DNA of 53,602 bases from a virus (Duplodnaviria; Caudoviricetes), in the IMG/VR virus record IMGVR_UViG_3300042923_001154, positions 1-53,602 of that record; one strand, written 5' to 3'. The notes under the pieces are model-generated. The model ran no database searches and was not told the origin of the DNA. It was given only the letters and a program-made list of their open reading frames with translations. Below are positions 1-7,903 of this stretch, one piece after another; position 1 is the first letter of the stretch; every line of letters begins with the position of its first letter. A program made the translations under genes and the position numbers.

Positions 1-475
1 TTCAAAGGTTAGGGAATACGTTGGGGAGACAAAGGACAAGAGAATCTTCGACCTATACAGCGGTACCGGTACGATCGCACAGCTCCTCGCACCCGTTGCC
101 GGTAAGATAACCGGAGTGGAGATTGTAGAGGAAGCAGTCGAGGCAGCGAAAGAAAATGCTACTCTGAACGAACTGAGTAATTGCGAGTTCATCGCAGGCG
201 ATGTGTTAAAGGTAATCGATTCATTAGAGGATAAGCCGGACATCATCGTACTGGATCCGCCGAGAGACGGAATTCATCCGAAGGCTCTGGACAAGATAAG
301 TGATTCCATTAGGGCGAAAAAGATAGTTTACATCTCATGCAAGCCTACTTCTCTGGTAAGAGACCTAGAAGTTCTTCAGGCAAAAGGATATAAAGTTAAT
401 AGAGTTTGCTGTGTTGATATGTTCCCAGAAACCGTTCATGTAGAAACGGTTGCCGAGTTAGTTCTTACTGAATGA
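1..475 (+). CDS. rlmD: 23S rRNA (uracil-5)-methyltransferase RlmD/RumA, 3' part (5' truncated by window); codons after ~297 are phage-supplied
   Basis: Frame is open from the window start: IFDLYSGTGTI (SAM motif), IVLDPPRDG, YISCKP (catalytic Cys), DMFPETVHVETV. Confidence 0.93.
   Translation, partial: SKVREYVGETKDKRIFDLYSGTGTIAQLLAPVAGKITGVEIVEEAVEAAKENATLNELSNCEFIAGDVLKVIDSLEDKPDIIVLDPPRDGIHPKALDKISDSIRAKKIVYISCKPTSLVRDLEVLQAKGYKVNRVCCVDMFPETVHVETVAELVLTE
281..313. other. Left attachment junction (host rlmD arm + AAGAT core + phage arm)
   Basis: rlmD protein departs from the displaced copy right after ...DKI; phage arm ATAAGTGATTCCATTAGG is an imperfect inverted repeat of the arm at 41735-41752. 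Confidence 0.85.
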
Positions 476-1915
476 CCAGTATATAGTAATATCATTATTT
501 AAAACAACGATTTTATCAATTAATCTATGTATTATGCGGTGGATTTCTTCAATGGATCCACTGCTTTTATTATTACTAAATGACTGCACTGTTTCCCATG
601 CATCCTCCACAGAGATAGCAGCCGGTGCATTATCATACTCTTCAATATACGATAGAAGTTTATCACGTTCATCGTTTAAGGGATCCACACGGTTTAATAC
701 TTCATCCATTTCAATAAGACCTTTTTGATAAAGGTTATATATACGAGTTATTTGCTTATCCAGTTCCTCAATTCGCTCACGGTATTGAACCATATCATCA
801 ATTACCGGAGCGGATTCGATTACAACGGAATCAAAATAGTTCCTATCAACTGACATCTTATCAATCTCGCTAATAATTATGGCATCCAATTCTTCAACCG
901 TGTATGGATGTAGTCTGTTTGAACAATTGTCTGATTTAATCATTGGTTTACTAGTACGAGCTACAGAATGGCATATATACTTCTTGGTTTTACCAGATAC
1001 CTTTCTTCCATACATTCTTGCTCCACAGTCACCGCAAAAGAGAAGACCGGTTAATAAATTATCCGCATTGAACTGTCCATTCGTAAAGCTATAATTTCTT
1101 TTATCCATTGCTTTGTTATGATGAAGGATATCTGAAGCCCTCTTGTACTGATCTAAAGGTATGATTGCTTCATGTAATCCATCAATAAGGCTTCCACCTA
1201 AAGATACTTTACCCATATAAACCGGATTTCTTAGAATGCGTCTAACTGAGGTGTTATTCCACTCAATAAGGTTAGAACTATACTTATCGATCATATGAGC
1301 TGCTATTCCATTAATACTCATTCCGGAAAGAAATAATTGATATACTTCTCTTACCAAACCAGATGAATATTCATCAACAATTAAATCATTTGATCCTTGT
1401 TTGAATTGGTATCCGATCGGAGCATGCGAGCCATGATAATACCCTTTTTTTATTCTTGCTTGTCTTCCTAGAGTTGTACGCTCTTTGATGTTCTCCCTTT
1501 CAAGCTGGGCAAAAGCAGCGAGGATACCTACTATTGCACGTCCAAATGGAGTTGATGTATCGAAGGATTCCATGAGTGATACAAAGTGACAGTTATTAGC
1601 GAGAAATATATCTTCAAGCAATACCATTGTATCTTTTTGAGATCTTGATAATCTATCAAGCTTCCATACGATTACTTTTCCGATTTTACCTGACTGTACA
1701 TCAGAAATTAACTTTTTTACTGCCGGTCTATTGATGGAAGCACCAGAGTATCCAGGGTCTATGTGAACATTAAATATGGTGTAATTCATAGCTATACAGT
1801 AAGCCCTAAGCTTAGTCTCCTGAGCTGCAACAGAGTAACCTTCTTCAGCCTGTTCTAAAGTAGAAACTCTTATGTATAGATCCACAATATTTTCTGTCGT
1901 TAAGTTGCTATCCAT
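458..1915 (-). CDS. Large serine recombinase (phage integrase)
   Basis: YIRVST catalytic Ser motif, DPGYSG, VWKLDRLSRS, recombinase domain (APIGY...ILRNPVYMG), Zn ribbon CGDCG...YIC, coiled coil. Confidence 0.95.
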   Translation of the reverse strand: MDSNLTTENIVDLYIRVSTLEQAEEGYSVAAQETKLRAYCIAMNYTIFNVHIDPGYSGASINRPAVKKLISDVQSGKIGKVIVWKLDRLSRSQKDTMVLLEDIFLANNCHFVSLMESFDTSTPFGRAIVGILAAFAQLERENIKERTTLGRQARIKKGYYHGSHAPIGYQFKQGSNDLIVDEYSSGLVREVYQLFLSGMSINGIAAHMIDKYSSNLIEWNNTSVRRILRNPVYMGKVSLGGSLIDGLHEAIIPLDQYKRASDILHHNKAMDKRNYSFTNGQFNADNLLTGLLFCGDCGARMYGRKVSGKTKKYICHSVARTSKPMIKSDNCSNRLHPYTVEELDAIIISEIDKMSVDRNYFDSVVIESAPVIDDMVQYRERIEELDKQITRIYNLYQKGLIEMDEVLNRVDPLNDERDKLLSYIEEYDNAPAAISVEDAWETVQSFSNNKSSGSIEEIHRIIHRLIDKIVVLNNDITIYWSFSKN

Positions 1916-2014
1916 AATTAAAGCTCCTTCAATACTTAACTTTTATATTTTTGTACATTTTACCTATAGCCATATATATAAAAAGGAATTATAATGTGGC
2001 TAAGGAGGTGTCAT

Positions 2015-2254
2015 ATGAACATGGCGATTAAGTTTATGAACAAACTGTACATACTTTTTATGTACTCAATTAGCTTTATGACCTTCTTATCAATATCCTT
2101 CAAAATAATTTCAATGACTAATCTGTACAACCTAATGATAAATAACTTTATTTATCAATGTATCATAATATTAATGTGTATTCTAATATCGTTATTTTTA
2201 TCTGTGAACCTTACTCATCTTCTTGCGAAGCTTCAGCGGGGACAAAGTAGATAA
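2015..2254 (+). CDS. Small two-TM membrane protein
   Basis: AGGAGG RBS before ATG 2015; two hydrophobic stretches. Confidence 0.55.
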   Translation: MNMAIKFMNKLYILFMYSISFMTFLSISFKIISMTNLYNLMINNFIYQCIIILMCILISLFLSVNLTHLLAKLQRGQSR

Positions 2255-3377
2255 CGTTGTTAACAGTCGTATTATCAACCTCTAACTCAGCGGAGGCTTC
2301 AATTACATAATCAATAGGCCTTACTAAAGCTGCTGGATCTATTCCGGTGGCTTTTATTCTTTCATGAATTTCTATTTTCTTCTGTATAACTTCCAATTCT
2401 TTTAATTCAGCTTCCAGTGCATGCTGTTTGGCATCTGCTTTTGTTTGCTTAATGTTATCTGGAAGAGTAAATATTTCGTGAATAATCTTAGGTAAACCTG
2501 GTAGTTTACAGGTCAGGAAACTTCCTCCTCCAACGAATACGAGTATAGCCACTATTGGTAAATAATTATCTTTAACCGTGTTAAATGCATCTACCAGAGA
2601 AAAATCGATAGGCCCAGGGGAATTTATGTTTATCTGAGTTGAGATCGAACGCTCATCAATAAAATGACATAAATAATCAGTGGTACCAAATAACAGGGTT
2701 GATAATGTTCTTGGACCAATTGGAGCTTCTTTTGTTACATTGTATATCAGATTGATATTATTGTTATATGAATACAAAGGGAATATAGCACCCAGAATAT
2801 ACCTATAGTAAGTGTCCAAATTACTTATTCCATGATAGTTAGAAATGGCACGTATTAAGTTATGATGAACTGCATTAATTGGAAGCGTTTTAATAAGATG
2901 TATATGTCTACGCTTCATATATGGGCATGAAACATCATCTCCTAAATGGATTTCATTGTTTTCTATGCTGCTAATCACTCTATTTTCTAGCTCAACCGTT
3001 TTATTATCCGCTTCAAAATAGGCTCCAGCATAAGCAAATGTAATAAGTGTACTGCCTGCACTTGGTATAATGATTATGTCGTTTTCATTCACTTCGTTGA
3101 TAAATGTTTTGCATTTATTTATTACAGTTGCAGGTCTCTGAATATTACGATAATTACGTCTAATACTATCGTTTAATAAATCAGATGATTGCTCTGAAAA
3201 ATCAGTCTGTTTAGAAATAAGGTTCCACGCAAGAGCCACATACCTTCCACTTATAAATTCATTGTAGAAATATCCCTTTTTCGTTCGTATCATCCAAAAT
3301 CTTGTCTGTTCAGAGATGTTAGGTATATTAAAGTTCAATATACTGTCAAGTACATATAATTCTTCCTCTGTGGTCAT
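2211..3377 (-). CDS. Hypothetical protein, candidate accessory/defence gene
   Basis: Long ORF; GGAGG RBS favours start at 3377; N-terminal FWMIRT..G..Y..F....YVALAW motif, one hydrophobic segment, C-terminal coiled coil. Confidence 0.75.
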   Translation of the reverse strand: MTTEEELYVLDSILNFNIPNISEQTRFWMIRTKKGYFYNEFISGRYVALAWNLISKQTDFSEQSSDLLNDSIRRNYRNIQRPATVINKCKTFINEVNENDIIIIPSAGSTLITFAYAGAYFEADNKTVELENRVISSIENNEIHLGDDVSCPYMKRRHIHLIKTLPINAVHHNLIRAISNYHGISNLDTYYRYILGAIFPLYSYNNNINLIYNVTKEAPIGPRTLSTLLFGTTDYLCHFIDERSISTQININSPGPIDFSLVDAFNTVKDNYLPIVAILVFVGGGSFLTCKLPGLPKIIHEIFTLPDNIKQTKADAKQHALEAELKELEVIQKKIEIHERIKATGIDPAALVRPIDYVIEASAELEVDNTTVNNVIYFVPAEASQEDE

Positions 3378-3596
3378 ATATATTACCTCCATATAAAATA
3401 ATTGGTAGATCCTATATTTAGAATATAATCCAGTTATCACCATAAAAATTTATTTTTCTGGATTTATATACGAAATCATATACTCACGATATATATTTTA
3501 GATCTTATCATGCATTCGAAATAAATTTTATGTTCATAGGTGCATAGACATACTATATACTGTATTCATTAACTATTACAGAAAATATAGGCAGAT

Positions 3597-3806
3597 ATGA
3601 AAATTACTATTGATTATAAATTATACAATATTCGAATGAATAAGCGATTGACTGTACGAGAACTAGAGGCTCTATCCGGTGTAAGTAAGTCTATGATAAA
3701 TAGTATCGAAAATAATAAAGCGAATCCTTCAGTCGTCACAATGTGTCAGCTTGCAGTCGCATTAGGTGTAGAACCAAAAGACTTGTATACATACATGGTC
3801 GAATAA
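3597..3806 (+). CDS. XRE-family HTH protein
   Basis: LTVRELEALSGVSKSMINSIENNKANPS HTH signature. Confidence 0.88.
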   Translation: MKITIDYKLYNIRMNKRLTVRELEALSGVSKSMINSIENNKANPSVVTMCQLAVALGVEPKDLYTYMVE

Positions 3807-3807
3807 T

Positions 3808-3829
3808 TTTGTCCATTATATTGGACAAA
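3808..3829. promoter_or_regulatory. Palindrome TTTGTCCA-N6-TGGACAAA, probable operator
   Basis: Perfect 8-bp inverted repeat directly after the HTH gene. Confidence 0.45.
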
Positions 3830-3952
3830 TTTTTAAAACTATGGAAAAATTAATTACAATATGTTACTTTAATGTAAGAAATAAACAAATATTATTTTGC
3901 TAAAAAGTTCATAGGATGACCGAAACAAATGTTATCATTTCTTCAAAGGAAG

Positions 3953-4003
3953 AGAACGCATGTTCGAAAAATAGTTGTAATATAGTTGTGATTGTTTTAT
4001 AAT
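3953..4003 (+). promoter_or_regulatory. LexA (SOS) box plus sigma-A promoter
   Basis: aGAACgcatGTTCg at 3953-3966 matches the Firmicutes GAAC-N4-GTTC box; TTGTAA(3975)-17-TATAAT(3998). Confidence 0.75.
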
Positions 4004-4045
4004 GATAACAGCTACCTAGGAGTGCGGAACATAGGGGGTATACAT

Positions 4046-4153
4046 ATGACAGAAAATGAGTATAAGAAACTCATATACGAATTAATTGACAACATAAGTA
4101 ACTTGGCAATCCTAAAAAAAATCTACATTTTTATTCATTCAATTATAGGCTAG
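4046..4153 (+). CDS. 35-aa small protein (MTENEYKKLIYELIDNISNLAILKKIYIFIHSIIG), not in ORF track
   Basis: AGGGGG RBS, downstream of the LexA-box promoter; stop overlaps the repressor stop. Confidence 0.65.
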   Translation: MTENEYKKLIYELIDNISNLAILKKIYIFIHSIIG

Positions 4154-4533
4154 GCATCTTGCCTAGCCTTATCATCATTCATATACGATACCATTTTCTC
4201 CAAAGCATTCCAGTCTTTCTCATCTAATCTACTTAACATATGTATAAATCTTTGCTGAAAACTTCCATCGTTAACAGGACGCAGTAGTTTTCCTATCCAT
4301 ATTGTCAGCTCATCAGATTGATCGATTGCTTGAATGTTTTGTCTACCAAGCAATTCATCAGAGCTAACATTAAAGTATTTACACAACATTGCTATTTTAT
4401 CAAAATCAGGCTGTTTTCCTTTTGTTTCGTATCCAGCTACTGTTGGTCTGCCAACTTTTAGTATGTCAGCAAGTTCCTGTTGTGTAATTCCCTTTTGTTT
4501 TCTAAGTTCTTTGAGTCTCTCACCAAAAGTCAT
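4150..4533 (-). CDS. CI-like phage repressor (XRE HTH, no S24 peptidase domain)
   Basis: MTFGERLKELRKQKGITQQELA...YETKGKQP; divergent from the cro-like gene. Confidence 0.88.
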   Translation of the reverse strand: MTFGERLKELRKQKGITQQELADILKVGRPTVAGYETKGKQPDFDKIAMLCKYFNVSSDELLGRQNIQAIDQSDELTIWIGKLLRPVNDGSFQQRFIHMLSRLDEKDWNALEKMVSYMNDDKARQDA

Positions 4534-4571
4534 AAAGTTATACTCCTTTCGGAAATATTATAATTGAAAAT

Positions 4572-4680
4572 GTGCCTAAAATAAACATTAGTGTCTATAA
4601 TGAACAAATATTAAAAAAATATATTGACAATGTTCCTTAACGGAACTATAATAGGTTTATCAAATGTTCCATAACAGCAC
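4572..4680. promoter_or_regulatory. Lysis/lysogeny switch: rightward promoter and four 15-bp operator-like sites
   Basis: TTGACA(4624)-17-TATAAT(4647); GTTCC-N5-GGAAC in the spacer (4632-4646); degenerate copies at 4572, 4591 and 4666, plus one more at 4893. Confidence 0.75.
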
Positions 4681-4699
4681 GCGATGGGAGGTGAGTATA

Positions 4700-4912
4700 A
4701 TGCGTACAAAGTTAATGGAGGTTAGATTACTAAAAAAAATGACTCAAAATGAGCTTGCTGAAAAGGTAGGTATCAGTAGGGCTTATTACACTAACATCGA
4801 ACTAGGAAATAAAAATCCCTCATTTGCTGTAGCTGTAAGAATAAAGGCTGCTCTTAATACCAGGGATGATAGAATTTTTTTTGACCAAAAATGTGTCGAA
4901 AGGGAACAATAA
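4700..4912 (+). CDS. Cro-like XRE HTH protein
   Basis: MTQNELAEKVGISRAYYTNIELGNKNPS; GGAGG RBS. Confidence 0.88.
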   Translation: MRTKLMEVRLLKKMTQNELAEKVGISRAYYTNIELGNKNPSFAVAVRIKAALNTRDDRIFFDQKCVEREQ

Positions 4913-4941
4913 GAGTATATAACATGGAGGTGAAATATAAA

Positions 4942-5430
4942 ATGGGGAACAATCCTACAAAAGCTTCAGAAAATATATATTTTCAAGCTAGAAAAGAAGC
5001 TGCGAAATATAATGAAAAACTAAATAGCAGAGAAGGCGCAGCCGAGCTTCTTGGTTTATCTGTTTCGAGTTTGTCTGATTATGAACTTGGATTAACCAAA
5101 GTGGTTCCGGTTGACAAAGTTATGCTCATGGCTGATCTGTATAATGCCCCAGAACTTAAAACCTATTACTGTAATGAATGCTGTCCGTTAGGATGCAAGA
5201 ATGCAAAAATTGTTCTTGAAGATCTTGACAGAGTTTCGCTCAAGGCCCTTGGTTCTTTTCGAAAGATAATGGGTGCTAAAGAAACATTACTTAATATTGT
5301 AGAAGATGGGGTTATCTCCGAAGATGAAAAGCCTGAGCTGGATCAATTATTAGATGTGATGGAAGAGATAGAGGTGGTTATTAAAACCTTCAAACTTTGG
5401 GCTGAGAAGAATAACTATAAACCGATGTGA
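4942..5430 (+). CDS. Phage XRE-type regulator (CII-like position)
   Basis: SREGAAELLGLSVSSLSDYELG HTH; GGAGG RBS before 4942. Confidence 0.75.
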   Translation: MGNNPTKASENIYFQARKEAAKYNEKLNSREGAAELLGLSVSSLSDYELGLTKVVPVDKVMLMADLYNAPELKTYYCNECCPLGCKNAKIVLEDLDRVSLKALGSFRKIMGAKETLLNIVEDGVISEDEKPELDQLLDVMEEIEVVIKTFKLWAEKNNYKPM

Positions 5431-5449
5431 TAACGTGGGAGGATATGGC

Positions 5450-5632
5450 ATGAGAAAGTACATAGAACCTAACATCCATCATGTTTTCCGATGCGGTACA
5501 AAAACAGACATAATTGAAGGCACTGTGATCCCGTTTACCAGTGAGACATCGGCTGTATATCAAATAATTGCTGATAGAGCAAAGCGTGAATTAGCTGAGA
5601 TAAAGAAGCAAAGACAGGTTATATCTGCTTAA
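5450..5632 (+). CDS. Hypothetical phage protein
   Basis: GGAGG RBS; in the early operon. Confidence 0.65.
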   Translation: MRKYIEPNIHHVFRCGTKTDIIEGTVIPFTSETSAVYQIIADRAKRELAEIKKQRQVISA

Positions 5633-5653
5633 AGATAGGAAGGAGATTACTAT

Positions 5654-6139
5654 ATGAAAGTACTTACTCTGTTTGGTAAAGCGTGGAGAGATTATTTATT
5701 TGCTAACTGTGATGGAATTCATAATGATGCAAAGGATTTCATGATCAGGATTGAATTAATCCGAGACAGCCAAGATCAGATTTTAGAAACAATGCTGGAG
5801 GATACTCCTAACATGGAACTTGTCGCAGAGTGTAAAGGAGAAATTGCTTTTCAAAGAGTTCAGTTGGAAGACATGATAAATGAATTTGTCAATTTTGAGG
5901 ATATACCTGCTGATGAAAAATTATCCGCTGATGAAATTCTTATGGATCTTTGTGATGCAGCTACTAATAGTTATCTTTATGAGATTGCATCAGAATGGAA
6001 GGTCTGGGGTGAGAAATCCCATAAAATTTGTGAAAAGCTAAATGAATTATATGGCTATGGTATTGGTTATATTCATGATGATCTTTGCAAATTGATTTTA
6101 TCTGAAATCATTAATAATGATAATGACAAGGTTATATAG
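5654..6139 (+). CDS. Hypothetical acidic phage protein
   Basis: AGGAG RBS; 161-aa ORF in the operon. Confidence 0.75.
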   Translation: MKVLTLFGKAWRDYLFANCDGIHNDAKDFMIRIELIRDSQDQILETMLEDTPNMELVAECKGEIAFQRVQLEDMINEFVNFEDIPADEKLSADEILMDLCDAATNSYLYEIASEWKVWGEKSHKICEKLNELYGYGIGYIHDDLCKLILSEIINNDNDKVI

Positions 6140-6143
6140 AAGC

Positions 6144-6246
6144 AAAAAAAGATTGTATCAAGCGACCAAACTCAGATACAACCTTTTGAAAAAAATATAG
6201 GAAATACTCTTTGTTTTATTGTATCAGATATTATTTGATATTTCAA
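6144..6246 (-). ncRNA. Candidate short antisense RNA unit (promoter plus terminator)
   Basis: Minus strand: TTGAAA-17-TACAAT with extended TG, then a GTTGTATC/GATACAAT hairpin followed by a U7 tract. Confidence 0.45.
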
Positions 6247-6258
6247 GGGGTGATAGTG

Positions 6259-6501
6259 ATGATCGCAAATAGTGTGTATATGGTAAAGACTTGGACCGGT
6301 GAAGAAAAGCCGGTAAAAAAAATTGTCTTGTTTCCAGAGCGTGATAGTTCTGGTGAGATATTTTATAAAATTGAGGGTCAGCTTAATACGGATTATTTTA
6401 TGATCAGTTACTTTTACGACCAAGAGCAAGCCAAAAAGGAATACTATCGTATATTAGATTCCTTTATGACTTTCCAAATTAACAATCTTCAATCCTACTA
6501 A
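6259..6501 (+). CDS. Hypothetical phage protein
   Basis: AGGGG RBS before 6259. Confidence 0.65.
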   Translation: MIANSVYMVKTWTGEEKPVKKIVLFPERDSSGEIFYKIEGQLNTDYFMISYFYDQEQAKKEYYRILDSFMTFQINNLQSY

Positions 6502-6583
6502 ATACGAATAAATCCATCAAAATACATACTAATCATAATTAATATGACTTAATCCATATAAATCAGAGTTAATTTGAATGAAT
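6491..6583. repeat. Ten AAT-initiated units at exact 10-bp period; candidate centromere (tubC-like)
   Basis: AAT starts at 6491, 6501, 6511, 6521, 6531, 6541, 6551, 6561, 6571 and 6581, directly upstream of the wHTH + tubulin genes. Confidence 0.75.
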
Positions 6584-6595
6584 GGGGGCGATTTA

Positions 6596-6853
6596 TTGAG
6601 CAAATTTGAATTTATGATTTTATCTATCCTATTGAGCAACAATGCCACAAATAATATGAGTGCAATGACAGCCAAGGATATTTGTGCAGCTGAAAACTTG
6701 GGATATGAAAGAAATACATACTATAAACGTTTGAAAGAATTTCTTGATCAAGGGTTTGTTGGTATTGGTGCACAGGAAAGAAGATCTATGACTTTTTATA
6801 TAACCAAATTAGGAATACAAAAATTGAAGGAGGAAAAGGAAGATGAAGAATAA
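6596..6853 (+). CDS. Small winged-helix DNA-binding protein, TubR-like adaptor candidate
   Basis: MTAKDI...RNTYYKRLKEFLDQGFV..G......FYITKLG wHTH pattern; overlaps the start of the tubulin gene; TTG start after GGGGG (ATG 6578 is the alternative). Confidence 0.7.
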   Translation: MSKFEFMILSILLSNNATNNMSAMTAKDICAAENLGYERNTYYKRLKEFLDQGFVGIGAQERRSMTFYITKLGIQKLKEEKEDEE

Positions 6854-7889
6854 GATCGGGTTTATTGCCATCGGACAAGCTGGGGGCAATATTGGAAGAT
6901 TACTTGAGGAGAAGGGATATAGTGTATTGTTTATAAATACATCGGAGGAAGATTTATCTACCCTTCAGGATGTCAAGTATAGATATCATATACCTGGTGG
7001 CGAGGGGTGCAATAAGGATAGAAGTAAAGCTAAAAAGCTTGTTGTCGACAACTATGAGAACTTGAGCAAAGAGATTGATGAGAAGATTAACAGAGACATG
7101 CTCTTTGTAATATTTTCATCCGGTGGTGGTACCGGATCCGGTATTGGCCCAATGCTGGTTGATCTACTGTGTGATGATAATAAAACTGTCGGAGCAATTA
7201 CCGTGTTGCCGGCTCAGTCAGAAAGTCTTAAATCACATATCAACTCATATGAGTGCTTCTGTGAGCTTACTGATATCTCCGGTATGGCATGCACTTTCAT
7301 TCTAGATAATGACAAGGGTGCTGATAAGATAAAGCTTAATTCTATCTTTGTGAATATGCTTACCAGATTCCTTGATATTCCCGACAAGTACAAGTCGGTA
7401 AAGGGGAATATTGATAAGGCTGAGGTAACTGAGACTTTGAAAAGTCATGGTATGGCTATTGTTTCTTCACTTGGTGAAGCCAAGGGTTCAGTATCAGCTC
7501 TTATTACATCCTTCAGTAAGAATATTTTTGCTCCGATCGAGGATGATCGTGTTATTAAATATATTGCTTTATCTGGTTCTGATGATATCAATATAGCAGA
7601 ACTTGAGAAAGCGGTTGGTACTCCTATCGATACATTCCGTACATACAGCGATTCATCAACACTATGTCTTCTTGCCGGCTTAAGCTATCCACAAAATAGA
7701 CTGGATATCATCCGGAAGAAGGTCATGGACAATAAAGAGCTCATCAAGAAGAACCTAAGTGTTCATTCACAGCAGAAAATGAAGAATGATATCAATTTTC
7801 TTGATGAACTTAGCAAGCCGGAGAAGGCTGCTAATAACAATTCTGCAAAGGGTAACTCGATAAGGGATAAAATGAGCAAATATCTATAA
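6843..7889 (+). CDS. tubZ: Tubulin/FtsZ-superfamily GTPase, TubZ-like
   Basis: GQAGGNI (T1), GGGTGSG tubulin signature (T4), GNIDKAE (T7-like), helical basic C-terminal tail. Confidence 0.88.
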   Translation: MKNKIGFIAIGQAGGNIGRLLEEKGYSVLFINTSEEDLSTLQDVKYRYHIPGGEGCNKDRSKAKKLVVDNYENLSKEIDEKINRDMLFVIFSSGGGTGSGIGPMLVDLLCDDNKTVGAITVLPAQSESLKSHINSYECFCELTDISGMACTFILDNDKGADKIKLNSIFVNMLTRFLDIPDKYKSVKGNIDKAEVTETLKSHGMAIVSSLGEAKGSVSALITSFSKNIFAPIEDDRVIKYIALSGSDDINIAELEKAVGTPIDTFRTYSDSSTLCLLAGLSYPQNRLDIIRKKVMDNKELIKKNLSVHSQQKMKNDINFLDELSKPEKAANNNSAKGNSIRDKMSKYL

Positions 7890-7903
7890 GGACCGGTGAA
7901 AAG

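Noticed and set aside
6843-7889. Host cell-division ftsZ
   Set aside because: It lies inside a prophage with no dcw genes, has GGGTGSG rather than FtsZ GGGTGTG, and lacks the FtsZ C-terminal IP.FL peptide.
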